A stretch of 50,924 bases of DNA, from the NCBI GenBank assembly GCA_963655775.1, contig CAVKFY010000029.1, positions 13,813 through 64,736 of the forward strand, in the 5' to 3' direction. Numbering within the stretch: position 1 is the stretch's first letter; each line of letters opens with the position of its first letter. This stretch comes from Alistipes communis. GTDB taxonomy: Bacteria; Bacillota_I; Bacilli_A; RFN20; CAG-826. A model generated the notes under the pieces. The model made no database searches and was not told the origin of the DNA. It was given only the letters and a program-made list of their open reading frames with translations. The position numbers were made by a program, and so were the translations under genes. Positions 17,757 through 27,023 of the stretch are shown one piece after another.

Positions 17757-18293
17757 ATGAATATTGCGGTGTATTTGGGTGCAAATAAAGGAAATGATCC
17801 TATATTTGAAGAGAAAATAGTTGAACTAGGAACTTGGATCGGCAAGAGTGGACACACGCTTATTTATGGTGGTTCAAAAACTGGATTAATGGGATTAATT
17901 GCTAAAAGTGTTCTTTCTAATGGTGGCAAGGCTATAGGGGTAGAGCCTTTATTCTTTATGGAGAAAGAAGTGCAATACGAAGGACTAACTAAGCTTTATG
18001 TTACCAAGGATATGGCTGAAAGAAAGAGCAAGATGATTGAATTATCTGATATCTTTATTGCTTTTCCGGGTGGAAGTGGAACGTTAGAAGAAATTTCTGA
18101 AGTAATTAGCAAGGTAAGCTTAGGCCAACTAGACTCACCGTGCATTATCTACAACTTAAATGGTTATTACGATGGCTTAAAAACATTCTTTGAGACAATG
18201 CTTAATTATGGGTTTTCAACGGAAGAAAGATTGAAGAACCTTCATTTTGTAACTGGTCTTGATGAGATAGAAACTATTATTAACATTGACTAA
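17757..18293 (+). CDS. LOG-family (TIGR00730) nucleotide phosphoribohydrolase-like protein
   Basis: 178 aa with GGSKTGLMG and PGGSGTLEE (PGGxGTxxE) motifs. Confidence 0.8.
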   Translation: MNIAVYLGANKGNDPIFEEKIVELGTWIGKSGHTLIYGGSKTGLMGLIAKSVLSNGGKAIGVEPLFFMEKEVQYEGLTKLYVTKDMAERKSKMIELSDIFIAFPGGSGTLEEISEVISKVSLGQLDSPCIIYNLNGYYDGLKTFFETMLNYGFSTEERLKNLHFVTGLDEIETIINID

Positions 18294-18444
18294 AATATAA
18301 TAGATAAGCAAAAATAGAAGATAAAAATTATTAAATTATTTCTTTGTCTCTCTTTGATATTTAAATTCATAAAACAAGCAAAAATATAGATATTAACGTA
18401 ATCATATTGAAGATAATTGATTTGGTTGCATTTTTAAAAAGCAA

Positions 18445-18531
18445 AAACTCGCTCCGAATTTCTTAAGAAACTACTGAAAACTCGCTCCGAATTTCTTATA
18501 ATATCGCTAGAAACTCGCTCCGAATTTCTTA
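18445..18531. repeat. Three perfect 21-bp direct repeats at 33-bp spacing upstream of the AAA+/DUF4143 gene
   Basis: AAACTCGCTCCGAATTTCTTA at 18445-18465, 18478-18498 and 18511-18531. A TATAAT hexamer (18497-18502) overlaps the end of copy 2. Copy 3 lies between it and the RBS. Confidence 0.9.
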
Positions 18532-18543
18532 AATAAAGGTGCA

Positions 18544-19905
18544 ATGCATATGTATTTTAAAAGAAAGATTGACTTAAAACTTGATTATTGGCTAAAACAA
18601 AAAGAAAAGAGCCCTGCTTTAGTTATTGGTATACGCCAATGTGGTAAAACAGAAACCATTGAAGAATTTGCCAAAAGAAATGAGCTTGATTTATTCAAGA
18701 TTAATTTTTGGACAAATCCTGAATGCAGCTCTGACTTTGACGGCTCTTTAGATGTGGATAAAATAATTTCTAATATTTCTTTTAGATTTCCTGAACGTAA
18801 GATTAATCCAAAGAATGCTCTTATTTTTTTCGACGAAATACAAGATTGTCCAAGAGCGAGGCTCTCATTCAAAAATTTTAAAGCGGATGGTCGCTATAAC
18901 GTTATTGGAAGTGGTTCATATTTAGGAATTAATGGATACGTGATCGGGGATGCGACTCCAGCGCCTACAGGTTATGAAGATGTTTTTCAAATGAAGACAA
19001 TGGATTTTGAAGAATTTTCTTGGGCCAATGGATATGGCGAAGAACAAATTGCCGTTTTAATTGATTGTTTCAACGAAAGAAAGCAAATTCCTGAAAACAT
19101 TAATGAAATATATAAAGATCTTTTTTTGAAATACGCATGTATTGGAGGGTTTCCTAAAGTCGTAAAGGATTATTTGAAAACGAAAAAGGTTGTTGATGCA
19201 TATAGGACGCTCAACAATACGGTTTTTGATATGAAAACAGATTTTGGTAGAAGAAAGGATAAGAGCGGTAACTCAGTATTCAAACCTGCAGAAGTTGCCA
19301 AAATTCAAAGTGTTTTTGATTTAATCCCAACCTTCTTATCTAAAGAAAGCAAGCGTTTTATCGTTTCTAAAATTATTGGCGGAACTCAATACGATAAGAA
19401 TGCAGCAATAGTATATTTAGAACAAGCGCATATTGTTTCGAAAGTCTATAATTTAGAGACGCCTTCTTTACCTTTAGCCGGCCAAAAAATAGACAACCAA
19501 TTTAAATTGTTTCCTGAGGATATAGGCATTGTTACTTCTATGTATGGAATAGACACTGTGGCTGCAATTAATAAAGGAAACCTTGGCCAAGGGAAGGGCG
19601 CTATCTATGAAGCGTTGGTATTTGATTCTTTAAATAAGGCTGGAATAGATACATATTATTTTTCAAAAGAGAGTGGACTAGAAATAGACTTCGTGATTTC
19701 TTATAACGGAGTTGCGACTCTTGTTGAAGCTAAGGCCAAAACGGGCAACACTAAATCGAGTAAAACAATCATGAAACATCCAGAGCATTATGGCCAGACC
19801 AAATTGATAAAGATTGGTGACTATAATGTAAGTGAGGAAGGCGATATTATAACTATCCCTCACTATTTAACATTTGCGCTTGGAAAGCTAAATTACGATT
19901 TTTAA
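18544..19905 (+). CDS. AAA+ ATPase (AAA_14-like) with C-terminal DUF4143 / PD-(D/E)XK-like domain
   Basis: Walker A GIRQCGKT, Walker B LIFFDEIQ. C-terminal GLEIDFVI...LVEAKAK (D...ExK). The start could instead be the ATG at 18550. Confidence 0.75.
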   Translation: MHMYFKRKIDLKLDYWLKQKEKSPALVIGIRQCGKTETIEEFAKRNELDLFKINFWTNPECSSDFDGSLDVDKIISNISFRFPERKINPKNALIFFDEIQDCPRARLSFKNFKADGRYNVIGSGSYLGINGYVIGDATPAPTGYEDVFQMKTMDFEEFSWANGYGEEQIAVLIDCFNERKQIPENINEIYKDLFLKYACIGGFPKVVKDYLKTKKVVDAYRTLNNTVFDMKTDFGRRKDKSGNSVFKPAEVAKIQSVFDLIPTFLSKESKRFIVSKIIGGTQYDKNAAIVYLEQAHIVSKVYNLETPSLPLAGQKIDNQFKLFPEDIGIVTSMYGIDTVAAINKGNLGQGKGAIYEALVFDSLNKAGIDTYYFSKESGLEIDFVISYNGVATLVEAKAKTGNTKSSKTIMKHPEHYGQTKLIKIGDYNVSEEGDIITIPHYLTFALGKLNYDF

Positions 19906-19915
19906 TGGTATGTTT

Positions 19916-19963
19916 TAAACTTTTCCAACCATAAAAAGGGTAAAAAACTAAACTTTTCCAACC
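19916..19963. repeat. Two 15-bp direct repeats at 33-bp spacing just downstream of the AAA+/DUF4143 gene
   Basis: TAAACTTTTCCAACC at 19916-19930 and 19949-19963. Confidence 0.8.
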
Positions 19964-19971
19964 TTACATAA

Positions 19972-19997
19972 AAAACATCAGATCTCATCGATGTTTT
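19972..19997 (+). terminator. Possible intrinsic terminator
   Basis: AAAACATC-agatctcatc-GATGTTTT: 8-bp stem, 10-nt loop, T-rich tail. Confidence 0.45.
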
Positions 19998-20210
19998 ATT
20001 GGTTTTCCATAATTTCCTCTTCGGCAAGAAGAAAAATCCATAATTCAATAATTCAACTGCAAAACCGCCTTATTTTCTTTTCATCATTCTTTTCTAGCCG
20101 CAGCCATTTATTGGATTTTATTAACATTTTGCCATTTAACGGCTCTTACAATATCACTCACGTTCACTTGTGTTTTAACAATATTTTTTAACCCACTTAA
20201 AAAACTACTA

Positions 20211-20224
20211 GGAAAGCGCTTCCA
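20211..20224. promoter_or_regulatory. cre-like / LacI-family-type palindromic site upstream of the GPH operon
   Basis: GGAAAGCGCTTCCA fits the CcpA cre consensus TGWAANCGNTNWCA at most constrained positions (central AAGCGCTT palindrome). Lies 57 bp upstream of the ATG at 20281. Confidence 0.3.
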
Positions 20225-20280
20225 AAAGTATTATTATGTTTTAGAAGGAACGTTTCATTTTTACGAAACGGTGCAAATAT

Positions 20281-21783
20281 ATGGCAGAAGAAAAAACTAC
20301 TGGGGTGGAGAACCAACGTTCTTACATTTCTCAAACATCAGGTCTACAAGGAAAAGACTACATCGGCTATGCGTTAGGAGATTTCGCTGGATGCCTTTGC
20401 TTTTCTACAGTAACAACAATCCTACAAAAATATTACACAGACATTTTGGGATTAACCCCATTATTCATCATGATCATGTTTATCCTCGCCCGTGTGTGGG
20501 ATGCGATAAACGATCCTATCATGGGACGTATTGTTGATATTCGTCGTCCAGGAAAGGATGGACGTTACCGTGTATGGATGAAGTGGGTTGCAATACCTCT
20601 TGCCATCGCCACAGTCTTAATGTTCTTGCCATGGCCAGATCTTGCTAACAAGATGGGACAAGTTGGCATTTCTATTTATGCGGCTGTTACCTATGTTCTC
20701 TTTGGTATGATCTATACCGTTCACCAAATTCCTTACGGATCGCTTGCTTCAGTCGTTACAACAGATGCAAAAGAAAGAAACAAATTATCAGTCTTCCGTT
20801 CTGCTGGTGCAGCCTTAGGCTCAATTCCTGTTCTTATCATTACATTATTCTATTCAAAGAAAGTTACCGATGCAGATGGCAATACCGTTAGCAAGGTTCA
20901 ATATCTTCCTATCATTATTGGTGTAACTGTTATGGCTGTTGCCGCTTGTATCTTGCTCTTTGTCGCTTACAAGAACAACAAAGAAAGAGTTGTTGCCACA
21001 AACGTTGAACACAAGAAAGGCGAAACAGTTACGATTGCAAAAACATTATTAAAGAATCGTAGCTTTGTTGCAGTTTGCCTTACTGGTCTTCTTCTCTTAG
21101 CAGGGCAAATGTTCACCCAATCCTTCTATACATACTTATTTAACGATTTATTCGGAGCAAACTGGATGAACCTTGCTTCACAAGCTTGCTCTTATGGACC
21201 AATGGTCATCTTAATGCTCTTTGCTGGTAAATTAGTTCGTAAATACGGGAAGAAAGAATTATGTGCTTTAGGTGGCATTGTCGCGGCCGTTCCTAACTTC
21301 ATCTTAATCTTTCTTAAGGATGCTATCATCCAATTCCCGGTTATCTTCCTTGTTTTCTGCTTAATTAGCGGTATTGGACTTTCTATCATCACTCTAGAAA
21401 TTTGGGCTCTTGCAACAGATGCAATCGATGACGTTGAAGTTAAGACTGGTGTCCGTAATGATGGCTCCGCATATTCCATCTTCATGTTCTTCCGTAAACT
21501 TGGACAAGTTCTTGCTGCTGTTTGTGTTAACGGCGCTCTTATGGGAATGGGATATATCCCTGGCTCAGACGCTGTTCAATCACAAAGCACACTTGTTGCA
21601 GAATACTATATGGCCACCGCAATTCCAGCCGCACTCTTCCTTGGAATGGGCTTAGTATTATTCTTCCTCTATGGTTTAAATAAGAAAAAGACAGAAGAAC
21701 TACAAGTCGAAAAAGAAGCGTTGCTTGCCAAACAAGTTGCCAATAACGAAATCAGCATTGGTGCAGACCAAAGTGCAAACTAA
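20281..21783 (+). CDS. Glycoside-pentoside-hexuronide (GPH):cation symporter family transporter (YihO/MelB-like)
   Basis: 500 aa, about 12 TM segments. GPH signature region WDAINDPIMGRIVDIRR. Confidence 0.8.
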   Translation: MAEEKTTGVENQRSYISQTSGLQGKDYIGYALGDFAGCLCFSTVTTILQKYYTDILGLTPLFIMIMFILARVWDAINDPIMGRIVDIRRPGKDGRYRVWMKWVAIPLAIATVLMFLPWPDLANKMGQVGISIYAAVTYVLFGMIYTVHQIPYGSLASVVTTDAKERNKLSVFRSAGAALGSIPVLIITLFYSKKVTDADGNTVSKVQYLPIIIGVTVMAVAACILLFVAYKNNKERVVATNVEHKKGETVTIAKTLLKNRSFVAVCLTGLLLLAGQMFTQSFYTYLFNDLFGANWMNLASQACSYGPMVILMLFAGKLVRKYGKKELCALGGIVAAVPNFILIFLKDAIIQFPVIFLVFCLISGIGLSIITLEIWALATDAIDDVEVKTGVRNDGSAYSIFMFFRKLGQVLAAVCVNGALMGMGYIPGSDAVQSQSTLVAEYYMATAIPAALFLGMGLVLFFLYGLNKKKTEELQVEKEALLAKQVANNEISIGADQSAN

Positions 21784-21784
21784 A

Positions 21785-23104
21785 ATGGTATCGATTAATT
21801 CATCATTAGGACTTATTAAAGGCGTAGAAGAGGAGAACTCCTATGCCTTTTTGGGCATTCCATATGCCAAAGCAGAAAGGTTTTCCTATGCCAAAGAAAT
21901 AGATAATCTTGGCGAAAGTTTTGATGCAACACATTTTGGAGATGCCTGTATTCAAAAAAGATGTTGGTATGCTCACCTGGAGGTTCCTGAGAGGATGTTT
22001 TATCACAAGGAATTTAGACAAGGGCTTGAATTCAAATATTCTGAAGATTGTTTGAATTTAAATATCTATACGCCAAAAGAAAAAGGCAAATATCCAGTTA
22101 TAGTTTTTATTCATGGCGGAGGATTTGATTCTGGGGCGAATTCTGAGAGCGCTTTCGATGGAGATGCTTTAGCAAAAAGAGGAATTGTCACTGTCTTTAT
22201 CCAGTATCGTGTTGGAGTTTTTGGCTATTTCACTCACGAAGATTTAACAAAAGAATTTGGTCATGAAGGCAATTTTGGCTTTGATGATCAAATAACATCT
22301 CTAAAATGGGTTAAGAAACATATAAGTGATTTTAATGGCGATCCAGATAATGTGACAATTATGGGACAAAGTGCTGGTGCAATGTCCATTCAATGTATCT
22401 TGCTTTCAAAGAAATGTGATGGCTTATATAACAAAGCAATCATGATGTCTGGGGGAGGAAAATTCCCATCAATGGCTACACCAAAACCAGTAGAAGAAAG
22501 AAGAGAATATTGGCTTGATGTCATGAAAGAATGTGGTTGTTCATCACTAGATGAATTCAAAAAACTTGATGCAAAGAAAATTTTCGACGCGTTAGAAATA
22601 GTTAAGCCAAGAAGAAAAGACAACCAAATATCCACAATGACAATGGTTGATCATTATTACTTAGAAAAATCACAAGAAGAATTGTTTGAAAAGAAACTAA
22701 ATGTTCCTACAATAATTGGTTTTACTAATAACGATATGTACACGTTAATTCTTGCTATCATGGCTCTTTCTTATGCAAAGAAGAATAACGCATATTGTTA
22801 TTATTTCGATGTAGATGCAAAAGGAGACAACAACAAAGCCTTCCATTCTTCTGATCTCCGCTACGTTTTTGGAACATTAAAAGAATCATGGAGACCATAT
22901 GATAAGAAAGATGAAGAGATTTCTGAATCGATGATGGATTACATTGCAAACTTTGCAAAAACTTCAAATCCAAATGGCAATAATCTTCCTGTTTGGGAGA
23001 AAAAGAATGGAGAGGCTCTCCATATCTCTTCAAAAGGAATTAAAATGGGTCGTCCAAATAAATGGAAACTATTTAAAAATACGTTCCTAGGAGACCCTAA
23101 ATGA
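21785..23104 (+). CDS. Type-B carboxylesterase (para-nitrobenzyl esterase-like), cytoplasmic
   Basis: Start re-set to the ATG at 21785, 1 nt after the transporter stop. FLGIPYA, oxyanion hole IHGGGF, nucleophile elbow GQSAGA. No signal peptide. Confidence 0.85.
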   Translation: MVSINSSLGLIKGVEEENSYAFLGIPYAKAERFSYAKEIDNLGESFDATHFGDACIQKRCWYAHLEVPERMFYHKEFRQGLEFKYSEDCLNLNIYTPKEKGKYPVIVFIHGGGFDSGANSESAFDGDALAKRGIVTVFIQYRVGVFGYFTHEDLTKEFGHEGNFGFDDQITSLKWVKKHISDFNGDPDNVTIMGQSAGAMSIQCILLSKKCDGLYNKAIMMSGGGKFPSMATPKPVEERREYWLDVMKECGCSSLDEFKKLDAKKIFDALEIVKPRRKDNQISTMTMVDHYYLEKSQEELFEKKLNVPTIIGFTNNDMYTLILAIMALSYAKKNNAYCYYFDVDAKGDNNKAFHSSDLRYVFGTLKESWRPYDKKDEEISESMMDYIANFAKTSNPNGNNLPVWEKKNGEALHISSKGIKMGRPNKWKLFKNTFLGDPK

Positions 23105-25293
23105 AATACCAACATCGATTCATCCTTAAAGAAAAAACACCAACAAGCAGGCTTTATTATTCTGATGGCAAATACGTCCAGTTAGATTTCTTTAAGCATA
23201 TCCTCCGTGTCGCAGTATATGAAAATAAAGATAATCTTTTTCCTACCTTTTCCATTTGTCCAGGTACATCCTCAATGCCTAAAAAAGGAAGAGACCGTCT
23301 TTCAAATGAAGGATTAGAAGAAATAAAAGAAGAAAAAGATAACGAATTTGTAATTGATGATGTAAGAATCACTCTCGATTTAGATAACTTTGCTCTTCAT
23401 TACTTCAAAGATAATAAGAAATTCTTTTCTGATAGAGAAATTATTGCTTACAACCTCGAAGGAGAAATGGGCAAAGGAAGTTACCATTACTTATCTAGAG
23501 AAAAGGATGAACATATTTATGGTTTAGGAGACAAGACTGGACCAGTAAATAAGAATCTATGTTCTTTTAAATTAGAGACATTTGATGCGTTAGGATTCAA
23601 TGCAAATAAGAGCGACCCTCTTTATAAACAAATCCCTTTCTATATTTGCAAGAATTCCGTTGGAAGCTATGGCATTTTCTATGATACATATTCGAATGGA
23701 GAAATAAATTTTGGTCGCGAACATAACAATTACTATGAACCATACAAATATTGTCATTCTGAAGAAGAATCACTTGTTTATTATGTCATCTTTGGAGATG
23801 TTGAAGAGATTATAGAAAGATTCACCTATCTTACTGGCAAATCGTTCTTGCCTCCAAAATGGAGTTTTAAATATTGCGGTTCAACAATGGCTTATACCGA
23901 TTCTCCTAATCCAATAAAATCGTTTGAAGAATTTAAAAACAAATGCAATGAGTATAACATCGATTGTGGTGGATTCTATTTATCTAGCGGCTACACCCAG
24001 ATAGGAGATAAACGTTGCGTTTTCCATTGGAATCGTGATAAATTTCCAAATCCTAAGGGTTTTGCCGATGATTTTTTGAAAATTGGAATTAATTTCTTGC
24101 CAAATATTAAACCTGCGTTTTTAACGACCCATCCTTTATATGATTACATTAAAGAACATGGTTGGTTTTTGCATTACAAAGATGGCTCTCCATATGTTTT
24201 CCCTTTCTGGGGTGGTATGGGAAGCTATCTAGATTTTACGAACGAAGAAGCATACGATTTCTGGAGCAAATGTGTTAAAGAAAATCTTGTTGACCTTGGC
24301 TATATGTCCATTTGGAATGATAACAATGAATATGACATCCATGATGAAGGAGTCTTAGCGAATGGCTTTGGCCATCCAATACAAGCCAAGCTTATTAGGC
24401 CCCTTTTTTCTCTTTTAATGATTGCTTCATCTAATGCGGCAGTAGACAAAACCAAACGCCATATGGCTGTCACTAGATCTGCAGCCGCAGGTTTTCAAAG
24501 AATCGCAGAAACCTGGACGGGAGATAACAATACCTCCTTTGAGGATTTCCGTGGTAACCACAAAATGGCTATGACATCTGCATTAACTGGCTTTACCTTT
24601 ATTGGACAAGACATAGGTGGGTTTGCTGGAGAAAAACCGAGTGAAGAATTGTTCCTACGTTGGATTGCATACGGAATTTTCACCCCAAGATTTACTCTAC
24701 ATTCATGGAATCCAGATGGCTCATCAACGATGCCTTGGTTATATCCAGAAGTTAAGGATAAAGTCGTAAATCTTTTTGAACTAAGAAAGACTCTTTTACC
24801 ATATCTCTATTCTGAAGCAATGAATGCAGTGGAAACCTACCATCCAATGATCTACCCTGTTTTCTTGAAATATCCTAACTATGATGAAGAGAGTGATCTT
24901 TTCTTCTGTGGAAATAATATTTTAAGTGCACCTATTTTCGATGAAGGAGCAAAAGAAGCAGCTGTAAATCTTCCAGACGGACATTGGTATCTAGGTGAAA
25001 AACGTGTTTCGGGAAAATTGAAAATTCAAAATAACCCTGGTGATTTGCCTGTGTTTTTCGTAAAAGAAGGATCTGTTATCCCTCTATTTAAAGAAAACAA
25101 GACAATCTTTAACATTTATCCATTAGAAAAGGGAGAATTCTCATATCGTTTTTATGAAGACGATTCTTCTTTAGAAAACCCATATCGCTTAATAAAAGTC
25201 ACCTGTAACGAAAAAGAAGTCATCGTTGAAGGAATTCCTAACGAAGAAATTAAGCTCGTTGATTTTAAAAATAGAACGCTTAAGGCCATATAA
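23101..25293 (+). CDS. GH31 alpha-glycosidase
   Basis: 730 aa. Nucleophile region SIWNDNNEY, acid/base region TWTGDNNTSF and GQDIGGF. ATGA overlap with the esterase gene. Confidence 0.85.
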   Translation: MKYQHRFILKEKTPTSRLYYSDGKYVQLDFFKHILRVAVYENKDNLFPTFSICPGTSSMPKKGRDRLSNEGLEEIKEEKDNEFVIDDVRITLDLDNFALHYFKDNKKFFSDREIIAYNLEGEMGKGSYHYLSREKDEHIYGLGDKTGPVNKNLCSFKLETFDALGFNANKSDPLYKQIPFYICKNSVGSYGIFYDTYSNGEINFGREHNNYYEPYKYCHSEEESLVYYVIFGDVEEIIERFTYLTGKSFLPPKWSFKYCGSTMAYTDSPNPIKSFEEFKNKCNEYNIDCGGFYLSSGYTQIGDKRCVFHWNRDKFPNPKGFADDFLKIGINFLPNIKPAFLTTHPLYDYIKEHGWFLHYKDGSPYVFPFWGGMGSYLDFTNEEAYDFWSKCVKENLVDLGYMSIWNDNNEYDIHDEGVLANGFGHPIQAKLIRPLFSLLMIASSNAAVDKTKRHMAVTRSAAAGFQRIAETWTGDNNTSFEDFRGNHKMAMTSALTGFTFIGQDIGGFAGEKPSEELFLRWIAYGIFTPRFTLHSWNPDGSSTMPWLYPEVKDKVVNLFELRKTLLPYLYSEAMNAVETYHPMIYPVFLKYPNYDEESDLFFCGNNILSAPIFDEGAKEAAVNLPDGHWYLGEKRVSGKLKIQNNPGDLPVFFVKEGSVIPLFKENKTIFNIYPLEKGEFSYRFYEDDSSLENPYRLIKVTCNEKEVIVEGIPNEEIKLVDFKNRTLKAI

Positions 25294-25294
25294 A

Positions 25295-25318
25295 AAACGC
25301 CAAATCGAATTGGCGTTT
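25295..25318. terminator. Bidirectional intrinsic terminator between convergent operons
   Basis: AAACGCCAA-atcgaa-TTGGCGTTT: 9-bp stem, flanked by A-run and T-run. Confidence 0.6.
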
Positions 25319-25327
25319 AGATTTTAA

Positions 25328-26302
25328 TTACTTGCTTTCGTTATATGTTTTTATGAACGCGCCTATACAGCTCTTTTTCTCGCTAAATGTCGCATAGTCT
25401 TCATATAGACAAATTTTTGTTAAGTCGAAGTTTTGTTCTATTGAACGTAACTCTTTTTCTAACTTACGAATTACTTCTTCTGAGGTTAAGAGTTCGCCAG
25501 AGAGGATAATACTTTGTAAGGAAAGAAGAGAGTTTGCATTACATAAGGCAAACGACAAAACATGGATCACTTTGTTTAACAACTCTTCGTTTGATGTAAT
25601 AAGCTTCGTTCCTTCTTTTTCTTCTAAATCTTTACCTAGAATTGCCGAATAAGAAATAGTATCTTCAACAGTTTTATCTTGGTAATATGTATGCCCTAAT
25701 TCTGAAGAATATCCTAAAGGTTTGCCATTAACGTATATTGATGATCCAACGCCAGGTCCATATTTAACGAGCAAGAAATTCTTCTCCTCTGGATGATTTT
25801 CCGCATAGATGTTTGCTAAGCAATTAACGTTGTTAATGATGTAATAGGGAAGATTCAAAGAAACGATATCTTCTAATAACTTTGGATAGCGTTCTTGCAT
25901 GCTTTCGATAGATGAATCTCCTCTTACCGTAACACCAATAGAAATAACGTGTTCAGGACATTCGTTAGAGAAATCTTTAAACGATATTCTTGAAGAGTCA
26001 TCTTGCTTAAGGATGTTGCCTGCGAAATCCATTTGATAAAAATATTCATGATGACGTCTGATATCAATTCCAAGGAAGGAACCATACTCCGCATTTAAAG
26101 AAAGGGTTAATTCCTTTCTTCCAACTTTTTGGGTATTTTCCTTTCTCTTTTCGGAGATCATTTTTTCTTCTAAAAGGGGCTTAAGAGCAAGCGTTAAAGC
26201 AGCATTGGTCAAAGATAGAGTGTTCGCTAAAATAGACCTAGAGCTTTCTTTCTCTACAAATAGAATACGAAGGATTGATTTTTGAGTCTCTGTTAAATTC
26301 AT
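25328..26302 (-). CDS. ROK-like transcriptional regulator (wHTH plus sugar-kinase-fold sensor), lacking the Cys-rich zinc motif
   Basis: Start re-set to MNLTETQKSILRIL... at 26302, 4 nt after the upstream stop. wHTH, then the ROK-like VKYGPGVGSSIYVNGKPLGYSSELGH. No CxCGxxGC after GH. Confidence 0.65.
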   Translation of the reverse strand: MNLTETQKSILRILFVEKESSRSILANTLSLTNAALTLALKPLLEEKMISEKRKENTQKVGRKELTLSLNAEYGSFLGIDIRRHHEYFYQMDFAGNILKQDDSSRISFKDFSNECPEHVISIGVTVRGDSSIESMQERYPKLLEDIVSLNLPYYIINNVNCLANIYAENHPEEKNFLLVKYGPGVGSSIYVNGKPLGYSSELGHTYYQDKTVEDTISYSAILGKDLEEKEGTKLITSNEELLNKVIHVLSFALCNANSLLSLQSIILSGELLTSEEVIRKLEKELRSIEQNFDLTKICLYEDYATFSEKKSCIGAFIKTYNESK

Positions 26303-26306
26303 ATTT

Positions 26307-27023
26307 TTATACCAATAGTGTAACACCAGAAATAAGGAGAAGAACACACGTTATCTTCATAAATAGATTCTTTGATAGCTTAGGAGCAATTAATGAACCA
26401 ATAATTAGGGAGATTACGGTTACTCCTGCGCCTATCCCAAATAAGATCCAAACATTTGAATTGAACATTCCTTCAACTACTTGAGTCGTAAACATCATTG
26501 AGTTAAGAATCACCCAAAGAAGAGATAATGTCGATCTGAATTTGTTCTTATCTTTCAATTCATGGAGACCATATATAACAACAAAAGGTCCACCAGAAAC
26601 AAAGAGTTTATGCATGATTCCTCCTAGGAAAAGGAAGATAATCATCAACCATTTAGGAAGATTTACTTTTTCAAAGTCAATAAAGAAGAAAGCAATGCTA
26701 ATAAGGATAATCAATGCAGCATAGACATATAGAATTATCTTATGGTTGATAGGAATTAATTCAACCGCATATCCTGTTCCAAAACCTGCGCCAACAGTAA
26801 TAAGAATAATCAAAAAATGTTTCCAATCGATATCTTTTATGTGGCGAATAACAATATAAACGCTAACGAAAAGAGCAACTAGATTTAGCACTGGTTTTGC
26901 AACATCTTCACCAACCAGTTTTAAAGATAAGGGCATTGCTAGAACCGTTCCAGCAAAGCCCGTTATCGTTTGGATGATATTGCTAATGAAAATTATGAGT
27001 ATAAATAGAACGTCTTCAACCAT
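26307..27023 (-). CDS. TauE/SafE-family (DUF81) anion exporter-like membrane protein
   Basis: 238 aa, 7-8 TM segments, two-fold internal architecture with G-rich TM motifs (ITGFAGTVLAMPL; GGIMHKLFVSGGP). Its start ATG overlaps the upstream stop (TAATG). Confidence 0.6.
   Translation of the reverse strand: MVEDVLFILIIFISNIIQTITGFAGTVLAMPLSLKLVGEDVAKPVLNLVALFVSVYIVIRHIKDIDWKHFLIILITVGAGFGTGYAVELIPINHKIILYVYAALIILISIAFFFIDFEKVNLPKWLMIIFLFLGGIMHKLFVSGGPFVVIYGLHELKDKNKFRSTLSLLWVILNSMMFTTQVVEGMFNSNVWILFGIGAGVTVISLIIGSLIAPKLSKNLFMKITCVLLLISGVTLLV

Noticed and set aside
18445-18531. Possible mini-CRISPR array (regularly spaced identical repeats)
   Set aside because: Only three copies, a 21-bp unit with 12-bp spacers (far below CRISPR dimensions), no cas genes, and the array sits on a promoter.
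19991-20191. 66-aa ORF in the intergenic region upstream of the GPH transporter gene
   Set aside because: Low-complexity product (Ser/Phe/Ile-rich), no RBS, and it overlaps the terminator hairpin. Most likely non-coding promoter or leader DNA.
21725-21784. Upstream extensions of the listed ORFs for the carboxylesterase (also the ROK gene at 26303-26347 and the reductase at 29788-29817)
   Set aside because: The extensions overlap the preceding genes. Internal Met codons placed 1-4 nt after the upstream stops coincide with the start of the conserved domains and, for the reductase, with an RBS.
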